A model generated the notes under the pieces. It was not told where the DNA came from and searched no databases. It saw nothing but the letters and a program-made list of their open reading frames with translations. From the NCBI GenBank assembly GCA_029210125.1, contig JARGPR010000002.1, positions 231,232-295,231 on the forward strand: 64,000 nt of DNA. The letters run 5' to 3'. Below are positions 9,495 to 20,015 of this stretch, one piece after another; position 1 is the stretch's first letter, and the number at the start of each line of letters is the position of its first letter. Both the position numbers and the translations under genes were made by a program. This DNA comes from Pseudomonadales bacterium. GTDB taxonomy: Bacteria; Pseudomonadota; Gammaproteobacteria; Pseudomonadales; JAHRWD01.

Positions 9495-9869
9495 TTATGT
9501 CTTGATTTTTGGTTTGGAGTCACAGCAGTTGGCAAGCTCGATGATCGAGCACCCCGCCTTTTCGTCCTCGCGAATGCTCGCGAATTCAGCGTTGCAGCAA
9601 TCCTTAACAATGAAGCCGATCAGATCGCGAGTGATATCGAAGTTAGCTGAGTAGATCACTGAACGTCCTTCCTTGCGCGAAGAAATAATGCCGGCGTTTG
9701 AAAGGTGACTGAGGTGAAATGACAGGGTGTTATGCGGCGTGCCCAATGCATCACTCAGAACGCCCGCAGCAAGACCATCGGGGCCAGCTTGTACAAGTAA
9801 ACGAAACGCCCTCAGTCGAGTTTCCTGAGAAAGCGCATCAAACATGATAATTGCTTCTTGTATATCCAT
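9495..9869 (-). CDS. arsR: ArsR/SmtB-family metalloregulator
   Basis: Winged HTH (LSQETRLRAFRLL...LSFHLSHLSNAGII). It has no ELCVCDL motif. Instead it carries C-terminal cysteines (DCCNAE, GCS, NCCDS), as in ArsR proteins with a C-terminal As(III) site. Confidence 0.85.
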   Translation of the reverse strand: MDIQEAIIMFDALSQETRLRAFRLLVQAGPDGLAAGVLSDALGTPHNTLSFHLSHLSNAGIISSRKEGRSVIYSANFDITRDLIGFIVKDCCNAEFASIREDEKAGCSIIELANCCDSKPKIKT

Positions 9870-9898
9870 ATGTCTAGACTAATGGACATATGGATATA
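9861..9898. promoter_or_regulatory. Perfect 14-bp inverted repeat spanning the arsR start codon (candidate ArsR operator or start-occluding hairpin)
   Basis: tatatccatatgtc (9861-9874), 10-nt spacer, gacatatggatata (9885-9898). The arms are exact reverse complements. The left arm contains the arsR ATG (9869-9867). Confidence 0.6.
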
Positions 9899-10324
9899 CG
9901 TCAACAATTATCGACATATCTTTATCACGTTGGTATAAGCGATAACTCAACAGTAAGCGACTGGAAAACTTACTGAGGCATCCGGCTGCCAGTTACTTGA
10001 AATGCCTATCGACGATAGACTTAAGCGGTTATCTGAGTAACGCGCGGACTTCGGGTGATAACTCCTTAGTCTCGCGCTCAATAAAGGTTTGCTACGTCCA
10101 AAGGGAAATTATTTCAAAGAGGTCCGGTGTCATGTAATCTCGTCAATCCAGTACGTCATTTCTCTTACTAGCATTAAGTGGCTTAAATCAGCAGACCCAA
10201 AAGATGAAATCCACCTGAACTTTTTACGCCCTACAGCGGTCACATGAATCTGCTCAGCAGCTAAATGCGGCTGCCATTCTCGCGCGCCAAACAACACCAT
10301 TTATTTACAGGCTATTCCTCAATT

Positions 10325-11467
10325 ATGAATCAACAAACACATCGTGAGGGTTTACGACAAAACCTGGCGCGGAAGGCACGTTTTATTCTACTTTTCTCAT
10401 GGCCAGTCCCGATGCTGCTAGTGGCGACTCTCTCTTATGGCGATAGCCGTGCGCTACCGGTCATTGTTGCACCGGTACAACAGGTGGTGGAATTTGCCGA
10501 TACCATTGAAGCTTTGGGCACGACTCGTGCCAACGAGAGTGTCGCGCTAACCACCAATGTCACAGAGACCGTCAGCACCATCAATTTTGATGATGGCCAA
10601 CAGGTCAAGAAAGGTGACATTCTTGTGGTACTTGAAAAAAGCGAAGAAGAAGCGGAATTAAAAGCCGCCCGGGCAGTTCTAGATGAACGTCGCGCCGCTT
10701 TTGAACGAGCCAGTGATCTGGAAAAAAAGCAGGCCATGTCCACCGCCATGCTCAAAGAACGTGAAGCACTTTTGAAGCAAAGTGAAGGCAATATAGAAGC
10801 TATCCAGGCACGCATCGCGAACCGTGTAATTAAAGCCCCTTTTGACGGTGTCCTCGGCCTACGCAATATCAGCCCCGGCGCGTTGCTCAGGCCGGGAGAC
10901 CTCATCACCACGATTGACGACCTGGACCCCATAAAAGTAGATTTTCAGGTGCCTTCGGTTTTTCTTCAGGAGCTGCGCATCGGCTTGCCTGTAAAGGGCA
11001 CGGTACAGGCTCTCGGAAATCGTGTTTTTCAGGGCAAGATAAACATGATCTCCTCTCAGGTAGACCCGGTTACCCGCACCCTGACGGTACGGGCGCTGCT
11101 TGCCAACCCCAACGGTGCACTGCGTCCCGGACTGCTGATGAATATCAGTCTATCCCATAACCTGCGCACTGCTCTGTTAATCCCTGAAGAAGCCATCACC
11201 CAACGGGATACACGAAAGTTCGTCATGGTGATCAATCATGCCGGTGACACCGCCACTGCTGAAGAACGGCAGGTATTCAGCGGCAATAGAATACCCGGAG
11301 AAATCGAAATTACGAAAGGGCTTAGTCCCGGCGACCAGGTAGTGGTACATGGGCTGATGCGAGTCCGCTCCGGTAGTCAAGTAACCATAAAAGCCATACA
11401 ACGGGCTGATGAACCTTTGCAAGGCATGCTAGAAGACACTGCCAAGACCGAACAGGACGCCCGATGA
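10325..11467 (+). CDS. RND efflux periplasmic adaptor (MFP)
   Basis: HlyD_D23/biotinyl-lipoyl-like pattern (GDILVVLE...IKAPFDGVLG...V.VRA...PNG.LRPG). It overlaps the RND pump start by 4 nt. The track start is 10265; the ATG at 10325 (MNQQTH) is equally plausible. Confidence 0.85.
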   Translation: MNQQTHREGLRQNLARKARFILLFSWPVPMLLVATLSYGDSRALPVIVAPVQQVVEFADTIEALGTTRANESVALTTNVTETVSTINFDDGQQVKKGDILVVLEKSEEEAELKAARAVLDERRAAFERASDLEKKQAMSTAMLKEREALLKQSEGNIEAIQARIANRVIKAPFDGVLGLRNISPGALLRPGDLITTIDDLDPIKVDFQVPSVFLQELRIGLPVKGTVQALGNRVFQGKINMISSQVDPVTRTLTVRALLANPNGALRPGLLMNISLSHNLRTALLIPEEAITQRDTRKFVMVINHAGDTATAEERQVFSGNRIPGEIEITKGLSPGDQVVVHGLMRVRSGSQVTIKAIQRADEPLQGMLEDTAKTEQDAR

Positions 11468-14400
11468 AACTTTCCGATATTTCCATCACGCGCCCGGTTT
11501 TTGCCAGCGTGATGTCATTGTTACTGGTGGCTTTTGGCATTATCTCGTTTATGCAGATGCCGTTGCGGGAGTATCCGGATATCGATCCCCCTATCCTCAC
11601 TATTGATACCAACTACCCTGGCGCTGCTGCCACCGTGGTGGAGACCCGCGTAACACAACCCATAGAAGATCGCATAGCCGGTGTTGAGGGAATTAATTTT
11701 ATCAACTCATCCAGCACCGACGGGCGTTCCAGAATTTCCATCGAATTTAGCACCAGCCGAAATATCGACAATGCGGCAAATGATATTCGCGATCGCCTTT
11801 CCGGTGTGCTGGATAACCTTCCCGAGGAAGCCGATCCGCCAGAAGTTGAAAAAAACGATTCCAATGACGACGTGATCATCTGGATCAGCCTGACCAGCGA
11901 GAACATGAGTGTTATTGAACTAACAGACTACGCACAGCGTTACCTGGTGGATCGTTTCTCTATTTTGCCGGGTGCGGCCCGGGTGCGGATCGGCGGCGGA
12001 GTGGAGTACGCCATGCGCATCTGGCTGGATCGCAATAAGATGGCGGCCCAGCAAATTACCGTTAGCGATATAGAGTCGGCATTGCGTTCGGAAAATATTG
12101 AATTACCCGCCGGTAGCATCGAATCAGTGGAAACGCAGTTCACTGCACGCACCCAGCGCGCCTACCAGACGGCAGCAGATTTTAGCGCGCTGGTCATCGG
12201 TCGCGGCGATACCAATGATTATCTGGTCCGGCTCGGCGATGTCGCCCGAATCGAGAAAGGCGCGGTGGAAAACAGGACTTTTTTCCGATCCAACGGCCAG
12301 CCCCGTGTCGGTCTTGGTCTCATCAAGCAATCCACAGCGAATACGATCGCCGTAGCCCAGGCTGCCGCGGCCGAAGTCCAACGAATTGCCCCGACGTTAC
12401 CATCAGGCATGCGAATCACCCCGTCCTATGACACCTCGATTTTTGTGCAGAACGCCATTATTCAGGTGTATAAAACCCTCGGGATTGCCGTTGTACTGGT
12501 TGTTATGGTTATCTGGGGCTTTCTCGGCAGCGCTCGGGCAATGCTGATCCCGGCAGTCACGATCCCTGTAGCGATTATCTCCAGTTTTAGCGTGTTATTA
12601 GTGATGGGATTCTCCATTAACCTGTTGACCCTGCTCGCGCTGGTACTATCCATTGGGCTCATCGTCGACGATGCCATTGTGATACTGGAGAATATCTCCC
12701 GACGCATCGAAGCAGGTGAACCGCCCCTGACGGCGGCATTTTACGGTACACGACAGGTCGGCTTCGCCGTGATCGCGACAACGGTGGTGCTGGTTGCCGT
12801 TTTCGTGCCTATCGTCTTTCTCTCCGGAGATCTCGGCAAGCTGTTTTCAGAATTTGCGCTCACCATGTCTGCCGCGGTGGTGTTCTCCACACTGGTGGCA
12901 CTGACCCTCTCCGCCATGCTGGCCTCGAAACTACTCGGAAAAAGTGAAAAAAACCGTGCCAGTTTAAAAGTAGAAGCCTGGCTTGACCGTTTCAAAAGCC
13001 ACTATCTCCGTATGTTGACAGTCTGTATCGATAAACCCTGGATGGTCGGACTGGGTTTTTTGGGGGTGGTATTTATGGGGATGGTGTTGTTTAACAATAT
13101 CCCGTCGGAATATGCCCCCAAAGAAGATCGCGGTGCCTTTTTTATTATGGTCAATGGTCCCGAAGGGGCATCCTATAAGTACATGAGCGAATATATGACA
13201 CTGATCGAGAGCCGTCTGATGCCTTTGGTGGACGGCGGCGAAGCCAAGGAAATACTGGTCAGAACACCCAGGGGCTTTGGTAGTATCTCCAGCTTTAACA
13301 ATGGTTTTGTTATCGTGGTATTGGAACCCTGGAATCAGCGCCGATCGGGATGGGCGATTATGGAGGATGTCAGGCGCAGGCTCAGCGACTTGACCGGTGT
13401 CAGGGCATTTCCCATCATGCGCCAGGGTTTTGGTGGAGGTGCACAGAAGCCATTACAATTTGTGATCGGCGGCGGCAGCTACGAAGAGCTTGCCCAGTGG
13501 CGGGATATCATTTTCGCCGAAATCACCGCCAACAACCCGGGGTTTATCGGTCTGGATCATGATTACAAGGAGACTAAACCCCAGCTACAAATCGTCACCA
13601 ACCGCGACCGGGCCGCGGATCTAGGCATTAGCACCAGTGCCATCGGCGCCACCCTCGAAACCATGTTGGGAGGACGTCGGGTGACGACCTACATTGATGA
13701 TGGCGAAGAATATGACGTTCTTCTTGAAGGGGAGCGTGACTCCCAGCGCACACCTACTAATATCGAGAATATTTACCTCCGCTCTGCCACCAGCGGCAAG
13801 CTAATCCCACTATCGAACGTCGTAAGCATTGAAGAGATTGCCGATGCAAGCGCGCTCAACCGCTACAATCGAGTACGTGCCATTACCCTGAACAGCAATC
13901 TCGCAGAGGGCTTCGCCCTCAGCGAAGCGCTCACTTACCTGGAGCATCTGGTGCGTGAAAAACTGCCGGAAACGGCGGTCATTGATTACAAGGGACAATC
14001 ATTGGATTTAAAAAGCAGCGGGACATCCATGTTGTTCGTCTTCCTGCTCGGTATCGTTGTGGTTTTCCTGGTTCTCGCTGCGCAATTTGAAAGCTATATC
14101 CACCCGATGGTTATTATGCTCACCGTACCGTTGGCCATTACCGGTGCCCTGGCGGGGCTATTCCTGGTCGGTGGAACGCTGAATATTTATACCCAGGTGG
14201 GGCTCATTATGCTGGTGGGACTGTCTGCCAAAAACGGCATTTTAATCGTCGAATTTGTCAATCAGTTACGGGACCAGGGCACCGCCTTTCGCGAGGCCAT
14301 ACTGGAAGCCTCTGGAACACGACTACGTCCCATCGTTATGACCGGTATCACCACCGTGGCTGGCTCACTGCCCTTGATATTTTCAAGTGGCGCCGGCGCG

Positions 14401-14580
14401 GAAACCCGCTTTGCTATTGGTATAGTGATGTCCTTCGGCGTCCTCGCCGCCACTGCCTTTACGCTGGTGGTTGTACCTGTCACCTATAGTGTTTTGTGTA
14501 AACGTACCGGTTCCCCAGGGGATGTCCGTCGTGCACTAGAAAAAGGCCAGCAACCGGCCGAGAATGAGGTTGATCGATGA
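11464..14580 (+). CDS. RND-family inner-membrane efflux pump (AcrB/HAE1-like)
   Basis: 1038 aa with 12-TM RND architecture. It opens MKLSDISITRPVFASVMSLLLV and contains LVLSIGLIVDDAIVILENI. Confidence 0.95.
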   Translation: MKLSDISITRPVFASVMSLLLVAFGIISFMQMPLREYPDIDPPILTIDTNYPGAAATVVETRVTQPIEDRIAGVEGINFINSSSTDGRSRISIEFSTSRNIDNAANDIRDRLSGVLDNLPEEADPPEVEKNDSNDDVIIWISLTSENMSVIELTDYAQRYLVDRFSILPGAARVRIGGGVEYAMRIWLDRNKMAAQQITVSDIESALRSENIELPAGSIESVETQFTARTQRAYQTAADFSALVIGRGDTNDYLVRLGDVARIEKGAVENRTFFRSNGQPRVGLGLIKQSTANTIAVAQAAAAEVQRIAPTLPSGMRITPSYDTSIFVQNAIIQVYKTLGIAVVLVVMVIWGFLGSARAMLIPAVTIPVAIISSFSVLLVMGFSINLLTLLALVLSIGLIVDDAIVILENISRRIEAGEPPLTAAFYGTRQVGFAVIATTVVLVAVFVPIVFLSGDLGKLFSEFALTMSAAVVFSTLVALTLSAMLASKLLGKSEKNRASLKVEAWLDRFKSHYLRMLTVCIDKPWMVGLGFLGVVFMGMVLFNNIPSEYAPKEDRGAFFIMVNGPEGASYKYMSEYMTLIESRLMPLVDGGEAKEILVRTPRGFGSISSFNNGFVIVVLEPWNQRRSGWAIMEDVRRRLSDLTGVRAFPIMRQGFGGGAQKPLQFVIGGGSYEELAQWRDIIFAEITANNPGFIGLDHDYKETKPQLQIVTNRDRAADLGISTSAIGATLETMLGGRRVTTYIDDGEEYDVLLEGERDSQRTPTNIENIYLRSATSGKLIPLSNVVSIEEIADASALNRYNRVRAITLNSNLAEGFALSEALTYLEHLVREKLPETAVIDYKGQSLDLKSSGTSMLFVFLLGIVVVFLVLAAQFESYIHPMVIMLTVPLAITGALAGLFLVGGTLNIYTQVGLIMLVGLSAKNGILIVEFVNQLRDQGTAFREAILEASGTRLRPIVMTGITTVAGSLPLIFSSGAGAETRFAIGIVMSFGVLAATAFTLVVVPVTYSVLCKRTGSPGDVRRALEKGQQPAENEVDR

Positions 14581-16112
14581 GCAGGCAACCGCTGGGGGTC
14601 TTTTCCGCCCTTTTTCATCCATTCACAATTTCCCATCACAGCGCGTTACAGCGCGCCGCTGTAATGGTTGCAATTGCGCTTGTTTCGGGCTGCACCGTTG
14701 GCCCCAATTATGTGGCGCCAACGATTGAAACCGATGACCAGTGGTCGACATCGGCCGCCGCCGTCAGCAATGACGCCCCCCAGCTTAGCCAATGGTGGAG
14801 CCTGTTCAACGATGCCACGCTGGAAAGTTATATTGATCAAGCCGTGGCCCACAACAAAACGCTGTCCATAGCGAAGACTAATATTCTCCGTGCCCATGCG
14901 CTGCGCAAGCAGACAGGGTCGTTGTTTTCCCCAACAGTCGATGCCAATTTGAGCCACACCCGCCAGGGTACGAGTGGCACCACATCCAATACTGTTTCAG
15001 CAGCCTCACGGCAGACCCTATACAGCGCCGGCATTGTTAGCAGCTGGGAACTGGATATTTTTGGCGGTTTGCGTCGCCAGTCCAATGCCAGCGATGCGCG
15101 CCTGGAAAGCGCCATAGCCAATAAAGATACGGTTCTGCTCGGCATCATTGCCGAAGTGGGACGCACCTACTTCGATGCGCTTGGGCTGCAAAAACGCATC
15201 GAAATCATTGAAAAAAACATCACTCTACAAGCCACCACCTTTGGGCTAATCGAAGACCTGTTCAATGCCGGTGAAGCCACCGAATTTGATCTTTCCCGAG
15301 CGCGTGCCCAGGAACAGCTAACCCGGTCTCGCCTCCCGGACTTGAAAGCGGAGATGAAAGCCAGCGTATTTCGATTGTCTGTTCTTTTAGGCCAGGCCCC
15401 AGAATTCCTGCTCGACAACTTTGTGTCAGGGCAAGCCCTGCCCCAAACTCCCGATGTGATCTCTACCGGTATACGCTCCGATGTGTTGCGCAGAAGGCCA
15501 GATATTCGTATGGCTGAGCGGGATCTGGCCGCCGCCACAGAAGAGGTAGGCGCTCAGGTTGCCGAGCTCTTCCCCCGATTTTTCCTTACCGGCAGTATTG
15601 GCCGCGCATCCAGTACCAGCAGCAATCTGATCGATCAACTTAGCAACACCTTTTCCTTCGGCCAGTTGATGCAGTGGCCGATTTTGAGTGGCGGTCGCAT
15701 TCGCGCACAAATTGATGTTGAAAAAGCCGATGCGGCGATGGCTGCTGACCTTTATGAGCAAACGGTATTAAATGCCCTCAGCGAGGTTGAGTCGTCACTA
15801 ACCCGTTATGTCGAAAAGCGGGCTACCCGGGATAAATTACAACACGCATTCGCCAGCCAACAACGAGCTGCGGAACTGGCCCGAGTGTTATTCAATTCTG
15901 GTGAGACCGATTTTCTAGCGGTGCTTGATGCTGAAAGGGCGTTAACTGATGTAGAAGATAGCCTTGCTACCAGCGAAATTGATGTCCGATTAAACCTGGT
16001 AACGCTCTACGCAGCGCTTGGTGGAGGCTGGGAGACCTATTCATCAACAAATACCGCAACTCAATCACGTACCTCAAAGGTCAGCGATGAAATTAGACAG
16101 CCTTACCCGTAA
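14577..16112 (+). CDS. RND efflux outer-membrane lipoprotein (NodT/OprM family)
   Basis: Lipobox ALVSGC followed by GPNY. It has two OEP repeats and overlaps the pump gene by 4 nt. Confidence 0.9.
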   Translation: MSRQPLGVFSALFHPFTISHHSALQRAAVMVAIALVSGCTVGPNYVAPTIETDDQWSTSAAAVSNDAPQLSQWWSLFNDATLESYIDQAVAHNKTLSIAKTNILRAHALRKQTGSLFSPTVDANLSHTRQGTSGTTSNTVSAASRQTLYSAGIVSSWELDIFGGLRRQSNASDARLESAIANKDTVLLGIIAEVGRTYFDALGLQKRIEIIEKNITLQATTFGLIEDLFNAGEATEFDLSRARAQEQLTRSRLPDLKAEMKASVFRLSVLLGQAPEFLLDNFVSGQALPQTPDVISTGIRSDVLRRRPDIRMAERDLAAATEEVGAQVAELFPRFFLTGSIGRASSTSSNLIDQLSNTFSFGQLMQWPILSGGRIRAQIDVEKADAAMAADLYEQTVLNALSEVESSLTRYVEKRATRDKLQHAFASQQRAAELARVLFNSGETDFLAVLDAERALTDVEDSLATSEIDVRLNLVTLYAALGGGWETYSSTNTATQSRTSKVSDEIRQPYP

Positions 16113-16370
16113 ACCCGGCACCATTCACTTGAATATTAATGCGATGGTGTTCAAATAAGCTCATAGATGCTGCCGTATCAATGCTCATATCAACTGTTGA
16201 TCATTTGAAACAGATCATAAAATGTCTTTTCTATTTTCAATGAAGCTTTGGCCACATCAGAACGACTTGAGTTTCCCACACAAAAATAGACTTTACAGCC
16301 AACATAAACGATGTGAGCACATTCCCCTGCTCACAAATGCCCATCACTGACATTCACCTCAGTCGACTAT

Positions 16371-16411
16371 CAAAAAAACCCTAATAGGCCCTAATTTTCG
16401 TTAAGGCCTAT
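16371..16411 (-). terminator. Possible rho-independent terminator downstream of the peroxiredoxin gene
   Basis: On the minus strand: ATAGGCC-14 nt loop-GGCCTAT followed by TAGGGTTTTTTTG. The loop is large, so the call is weak. Confidence 0.4.
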
Positions 16412-16456
16412 ATTTCAATAAAAAGTCGAATCGATGAACCCTACATGTTCAGACTT

Positions 16457-17029
16457 TTATCCTTCGAAGACATTACCCAACTTGGGGGCGCCTCCAGCAT
16501 CTTGCCCTTTAAGGTAAGCCAGCATGGTGTCTGCATCAGAGACTTCAAAGGGATCGGTTTCACAATTATCCAGAAAACCCGCTTCAATGAATGATTTTTC
16601 TACTTTTCCATCATTCACCAGCATTGAATAACGCCAGGAACGCTTACCGAAACCCAGGTTGGACTTGTCAACCAGCATACCCATCTTGCTGGTGAATTCA
16701 GCGTTCCCATCGGGCAGTAAAAAGATGTTCTGATTTCCCAGCTCCTTGCCCCACTTAAACATCACGAATGCATCATTCACGGAGACGCACACAATTTCGT
16801 CAACTCCCTGAGCTTTGAATTCCTCGTAAAGCTCGTCGTAACGGGGAAGATGACTGGATGAACAAGTTGGAGTGAATGCACCAGGTAGCGAGAAAACAAC
16901 GACTTTTTTACCCGCAAAAATATCTTGCGTGGTTTTATCCTCCCAGCGAAAGGGGTTTGGTCCTTCTACAGATTCATCACGCACCCGTGTTTTAAAGGTG
17001 ACTTCCGGTACTTGTTTGGCTAAAGACAT
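16457..17029 (-). CDS. Peroxiredoxin, Prx5 (type D) subfamily
   Basis: Peroxidatic-Cys motif PGAFTPTCS and the AhpC/TSA fold pattern ([15 protein letters not shown]). Confidence 0.85.
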   Translation of the reverse strand: MSLAKQVPEVTFKTRVRDESVEGPNPFRWEDKTTQDIFAGKKVVVFSLPGAFTPTCSSSHLPRYDELYEEFKAQGVDEIVCVSVNDAFVMFKWGKELGNQNIFLLPDGNAEFTSKMGMLVDKSNLGFGKRSWRYSMLVNDGKVEKSFIEAGFLDNCETDPFEVSDADTMLAYLKGQDAGGAPKLGNVFEG

Positions 17030-17048
17030 AAATTGCTCCGTTAAGGTC

Positions 17049-17072
17049 TATACAAATTGGTTTATACAAATT
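17049..17072. repeat. Direct repeat tatacaaatt x2 (14-bp period) just upstream of the peroxiredoxin start
   Basis: tatacaaatt occurs at 17049-17058 and again at 17063-17072, 20-43 nt upstream of the ATG at 17029. Function unknown. Confidence 0.5.
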
Positions 17073-17455
17073 CGAGAGTCACTATAAGCCCTCTTAATAA
17101 AACAGTACATTTGCACATATTGATAATGACAATCTAAAATACTGAACGTTATTCAACTGCTAGTTAACCACCAACTAAAAATCCTCCGACTCGTTATAGT
17201 CTAAATACTCGCGGTGTATCTGGTAAGACTATTCCTGTGTGACGATCTACGTATTCGATATAGAGGAATAACAAATTTGACAGACTCGCCATTTAGGCTC
17301 GGGCAAGCTCTGGGCCTCTGCTACCGTTCAGCTGTACGCATGAATCACCACAACCTCCAGCAGTCAGAGTTAGCGCGCAAGCTCACAAATTAAACAGTAG
17401 CCAGGCCATAAAACGTTACCTTACATTAAGTTTCCAGCCATTAATAAGCTGGACA

Positions 17456-18880
17456 TTAATGATTACGAAAACTTTTTGTAAGCTCATAGGCATCTAGTGC
17501 ATTTTCCCGAGAGGTTTTAATATCCACAATAGGTCGCGGGTAGGTTTCGCCCAGTACGACATTCGCTTTTTCCAATTCTTCAGGGGGGGCTTCCCATGGC
17601 CGAAATAAATATTTTTTGGGCAAATATTCAAGCTCTGGAACATAACGTCTCGTGTAATCACCATTGGCGTCGAACTTCTCGCCCTGTGTCACCGGGTTAA
17701 ATATTCTAAAGTAAGGTGACGAATCGGTACCGCACCCTGCTACCCATTGCCAGCTGGCGCTGTTGCTAGCCAAATCGGCATCAACCAAGCAGTCCAAAAA
17801 CCAACTAGCGCCAAGGCGCCAATCAACCATTAAGTTTTTTACCAGGAAGGATGCCGTAATCATGCGGACACGATTATGCATAAACCCCGTTTGCCAAAGC
17901 TCACGCATCCCAGCATCCACTAGCGGATAGCCGGTCAATCCCTGCTGCCATTGGGTTAGCCAACCAGGGTTGTTATCCCAGGGAAAACCATCCAGGTTGT
18001 TTTTCAAATTATGAGTGGGTAATTCAGGCCAATGAAACAACAAATAGTAGGAAAATTCTCGCCAACCTAGTTCCTTCTTAAAGTGTTGTCTATTGTCATC
18101 AGCAGGGCACATTAATAGCGCATTACTTATCTGCTGGGGTGAAATTTCACCAAAATGGAGATGCGGCGATAATGTTGACACTGCATCTAAAGCGGGAAAA
18201 TCACGTCCATTTTTATAATGAGTAATACCATTTTTCAAAAACTTATCCAGGGTTGAGTGTGCGCCTAGCTCACCCGGTTTCCAGCAATTGTAAAACTCAG
18301 CATCCCATTTCACTGTGGGGAGCAGTGATAGTTCTTGTAACTTACATGCTTCTTGATCTACATGTAGTGATGCTAATAATTGTGGCGGCGGCAAGGGCGA
18401 AGGGTAATTGTCCATCTGGCTCGCCTTTCTATAATAAGGCGTAAAGACTTTGTAAGGGCTACCATCATTTTTTAGCGTCATCCAGGGTTCATTTAACAAG
18501 GATCCGTTAAAACTTTCTACGCTAACCCCTTGCGATAATAATGTCTGCTTGATGGATTTGTCGCGCGGTATGCGCCAGGGCTCGTAACAGCGATTCCAAT
18601 ACACCCCTGAAATCGCAAATCGTGTTTGTAGATTCGCGATAATCGTACTAGCTTCACCAATGTATAGATTTAACTTACCCTGCAATGATTCATCAAGGGC
18701 TTGTAGCGAATGATGCAACCACCAACGGCTTGCTCCCCCAGGGGCGAACACGCCTGCGCTATCTTCATCAAGTATATAAATCGGCAGAACATCCCCCTGC
18801 TCTAAAGCAGCGGTCAGGCCCGGATTGTCACTTACACGTAAATCTTGGCGAAACCAGTAAATCGTTAACGCTTTTTCCAT
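17456..18880 (-). CDS. phrB: Deoxyribodipyrimidine photolyase (class I CPD type)
   Basis: TIYWFRQDLRVSDNP N-terminus, then TGYPLVDAGMRELWQTGFMHNRVRMITASFLVKNL and WQWVAGCGTDSSPYFRIFNP. Confidence 0.9.
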   Translation of the reverse strand: MEKALTIYWFRQDLRVSDNPGLTAALEQGDVLPIYILDEDSAGVFAPGGASRWWLHHSLQALDESLQGKLNLYIGEASTIIANLQTRFAISGVYWNRCYEPWRIPRDKSIKQTLLSQGVSVESFNGSLLNEPWMTLKNDGSPYKVFTPYYRKASQMDNYPSPLPPPQLLASLHVDQEACKLQELSLLPTVKWDAEFYNCWKPGELGAHSTLDKFLKNGITHYKNGRDFPALDAVSTLSPHLHFGEISPQQISNALLMCPADDNRQHFKKELGWREFSYYLLFHWPELPTHNLKNNLDGFPWDNNPGWLTQWQQGLTGYPLVDAGMRELWQTGFMHNRVRMITASFLVKNLMVDWRLGASWFLDCLVDADLASNSASWQWVAGCGTDSSPYFRIFNPVTQGEKFDANGDYTRRYVPELEYLPKKYLFRPWEAPPEELEKANVVLGETYPRPIVDIKTSRENALDAYELTKSFRNH

Positions 18881-18882
18881 TA

Positions 18883-19479
18883 CTAATTTGGGCCCTGTTC
18901 TTTTTCGATAACGAGAGTAATCTCGCCGACTTTAAACCCCCACTTGCGCATCTCAGCACGATTTATCAAGCGTGAGCTGTCTAACTGGTAGAGCCAATCG
19001 TTAAGATCGATATTCCATGTCTCGCCATCCACAACAATAGCCAAGGTGTACTTCCAATTAAAAGCAAAACCTTGACTGCTACCAAATGCCTGTCGAGTCA
19101 CATCAGACGCTGTACCCGTATAACTACCGTCAGATTGCTTCTGCAATGACCATACCCGCCGTTCAGTTTCGCCATCGTCATAGTAAAAATCTTCTTGAAG
19201 AATCCCCTCTCTGCCTTGCCAGCGGCCAGTTAAATCTGCGTGGAAGCGGCGTATAACTTTTCCTGAGCGATCTTGTACCATTCCGTAGGCACGGAGCTTG
19301 CCATTAAAGAACGACTGCATATCGAATGTCGGCTGACTGGATCTGTAATCTACGAGAGTTGAGCTACAACCACCTAGTAATAGTGCAGACATACATAATG
19401 TAAATAGGCCGTTTGAAAGGAATCGCTTTCGCATACTATTTACAATGCTTATAACGCTTATATCCGTATGAATACTCAT
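18883..19479 (-). CDS. DUF3833-family lipoprotein
   Basis: Lipobox LLGGCSS and the family-typical FFNGKLRAYGMVQDRSGKV...L.G.W. It overlaps the upstream gene by 4 nt. Confidence 0.65.
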   Translation of the reverse strand: MSIHTDISVISIVNSMRKRFLSNGLFTLCMSALLLGGCSSTLVDYRSSQPTFDMQSFFNGKLRAYGMVQDRSGKVIRRFHADLTGRWQGREGILQEDFYYDDGETERRVWSLQKQSDGSYTGTASDVTRQAFGSSQGFAFNWKYTLAIVVDGETWNIDLNDWLYQLDSSRLINRAEMRKWGFKVGEITLVIEKEQGPN

Positions 19480-20015
19480 GATTTAAATCCGATTAGTTGA
19501 TTGCGCAAGTCGGGTTTTAATGTGTTATCGGAAAGCCAGATAGCAGTAAATGCAAAGGCGAACTCTTTATCAGTCAAACTACCCACATGCTGATTATTGT
19601 AAAAGAAGTGACTACTTCCATTCCTATCTACCTCGAGCAAGAGTTTGTCTGCAGGAGCAATGTTCGGCCATATTTCATCAAGCTGAGTTAACCACTCTTG
19701 TTGATACTTAATCGATTGGCGCTTCCACTCGTCTTCTGTGGTCTGTAGCAAATCTTCTCGGGTAATATAACGCGCATAAATTAGCTCTAGTGAGAGAGGC
19801 CATTGCTGATGTTCATAGGTACCGGAAGGCGTGCTTAATTTGGCTTGATAAATATCAAACCATAACCAACGCATGGTGCCTTGGCCAACCAAGTGAAACA
19901 AAGTGGATTTTGGGGTTGTAATATCAGAGGAACTATTTTGGGCGATAACGTTCGCTGGGTTAAAACAAAACCAAACACCAATAAAAACAAAAAAAACACT
20001 TCGATACTTAACCAC
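19476..20015 (-). CDS. Chalcone-isomerase-like family protein (secreted)
   Basis: Signal peptide plus the G.G..RWLWFDIYQA.L pattern of bacterial CHI-like proteins found in photolyase clusters. Confidence 0.55.
   Translation of the reverse strand: MVKYRSVFFVFIGVWFCFNPANVIAQNSSSDITTPKSTLFHLVGQGTMRWLWFDIYQAKLSTPSGTYEHQQWPLSLELIYARYITREDLLQTTEDEWKRQSIKYQQEWLTQLDEIWPNIAPADKLLLEVDRNGSSHFFYNNQHVGSLTDKEFAFAFTAIWLSDNTLKPDLRNQLIGFKS

Noticed and set aside
10435-15761. Numerous 60-165-aa ORFs on the minus strand and in alternate frames inside the RND efflux operon.
   Set aside because: All are nested within three genes that have clear MFP, RND and OMF signatures. They have the Ser/Arg/Ala-rich composition typical of antisense frames.
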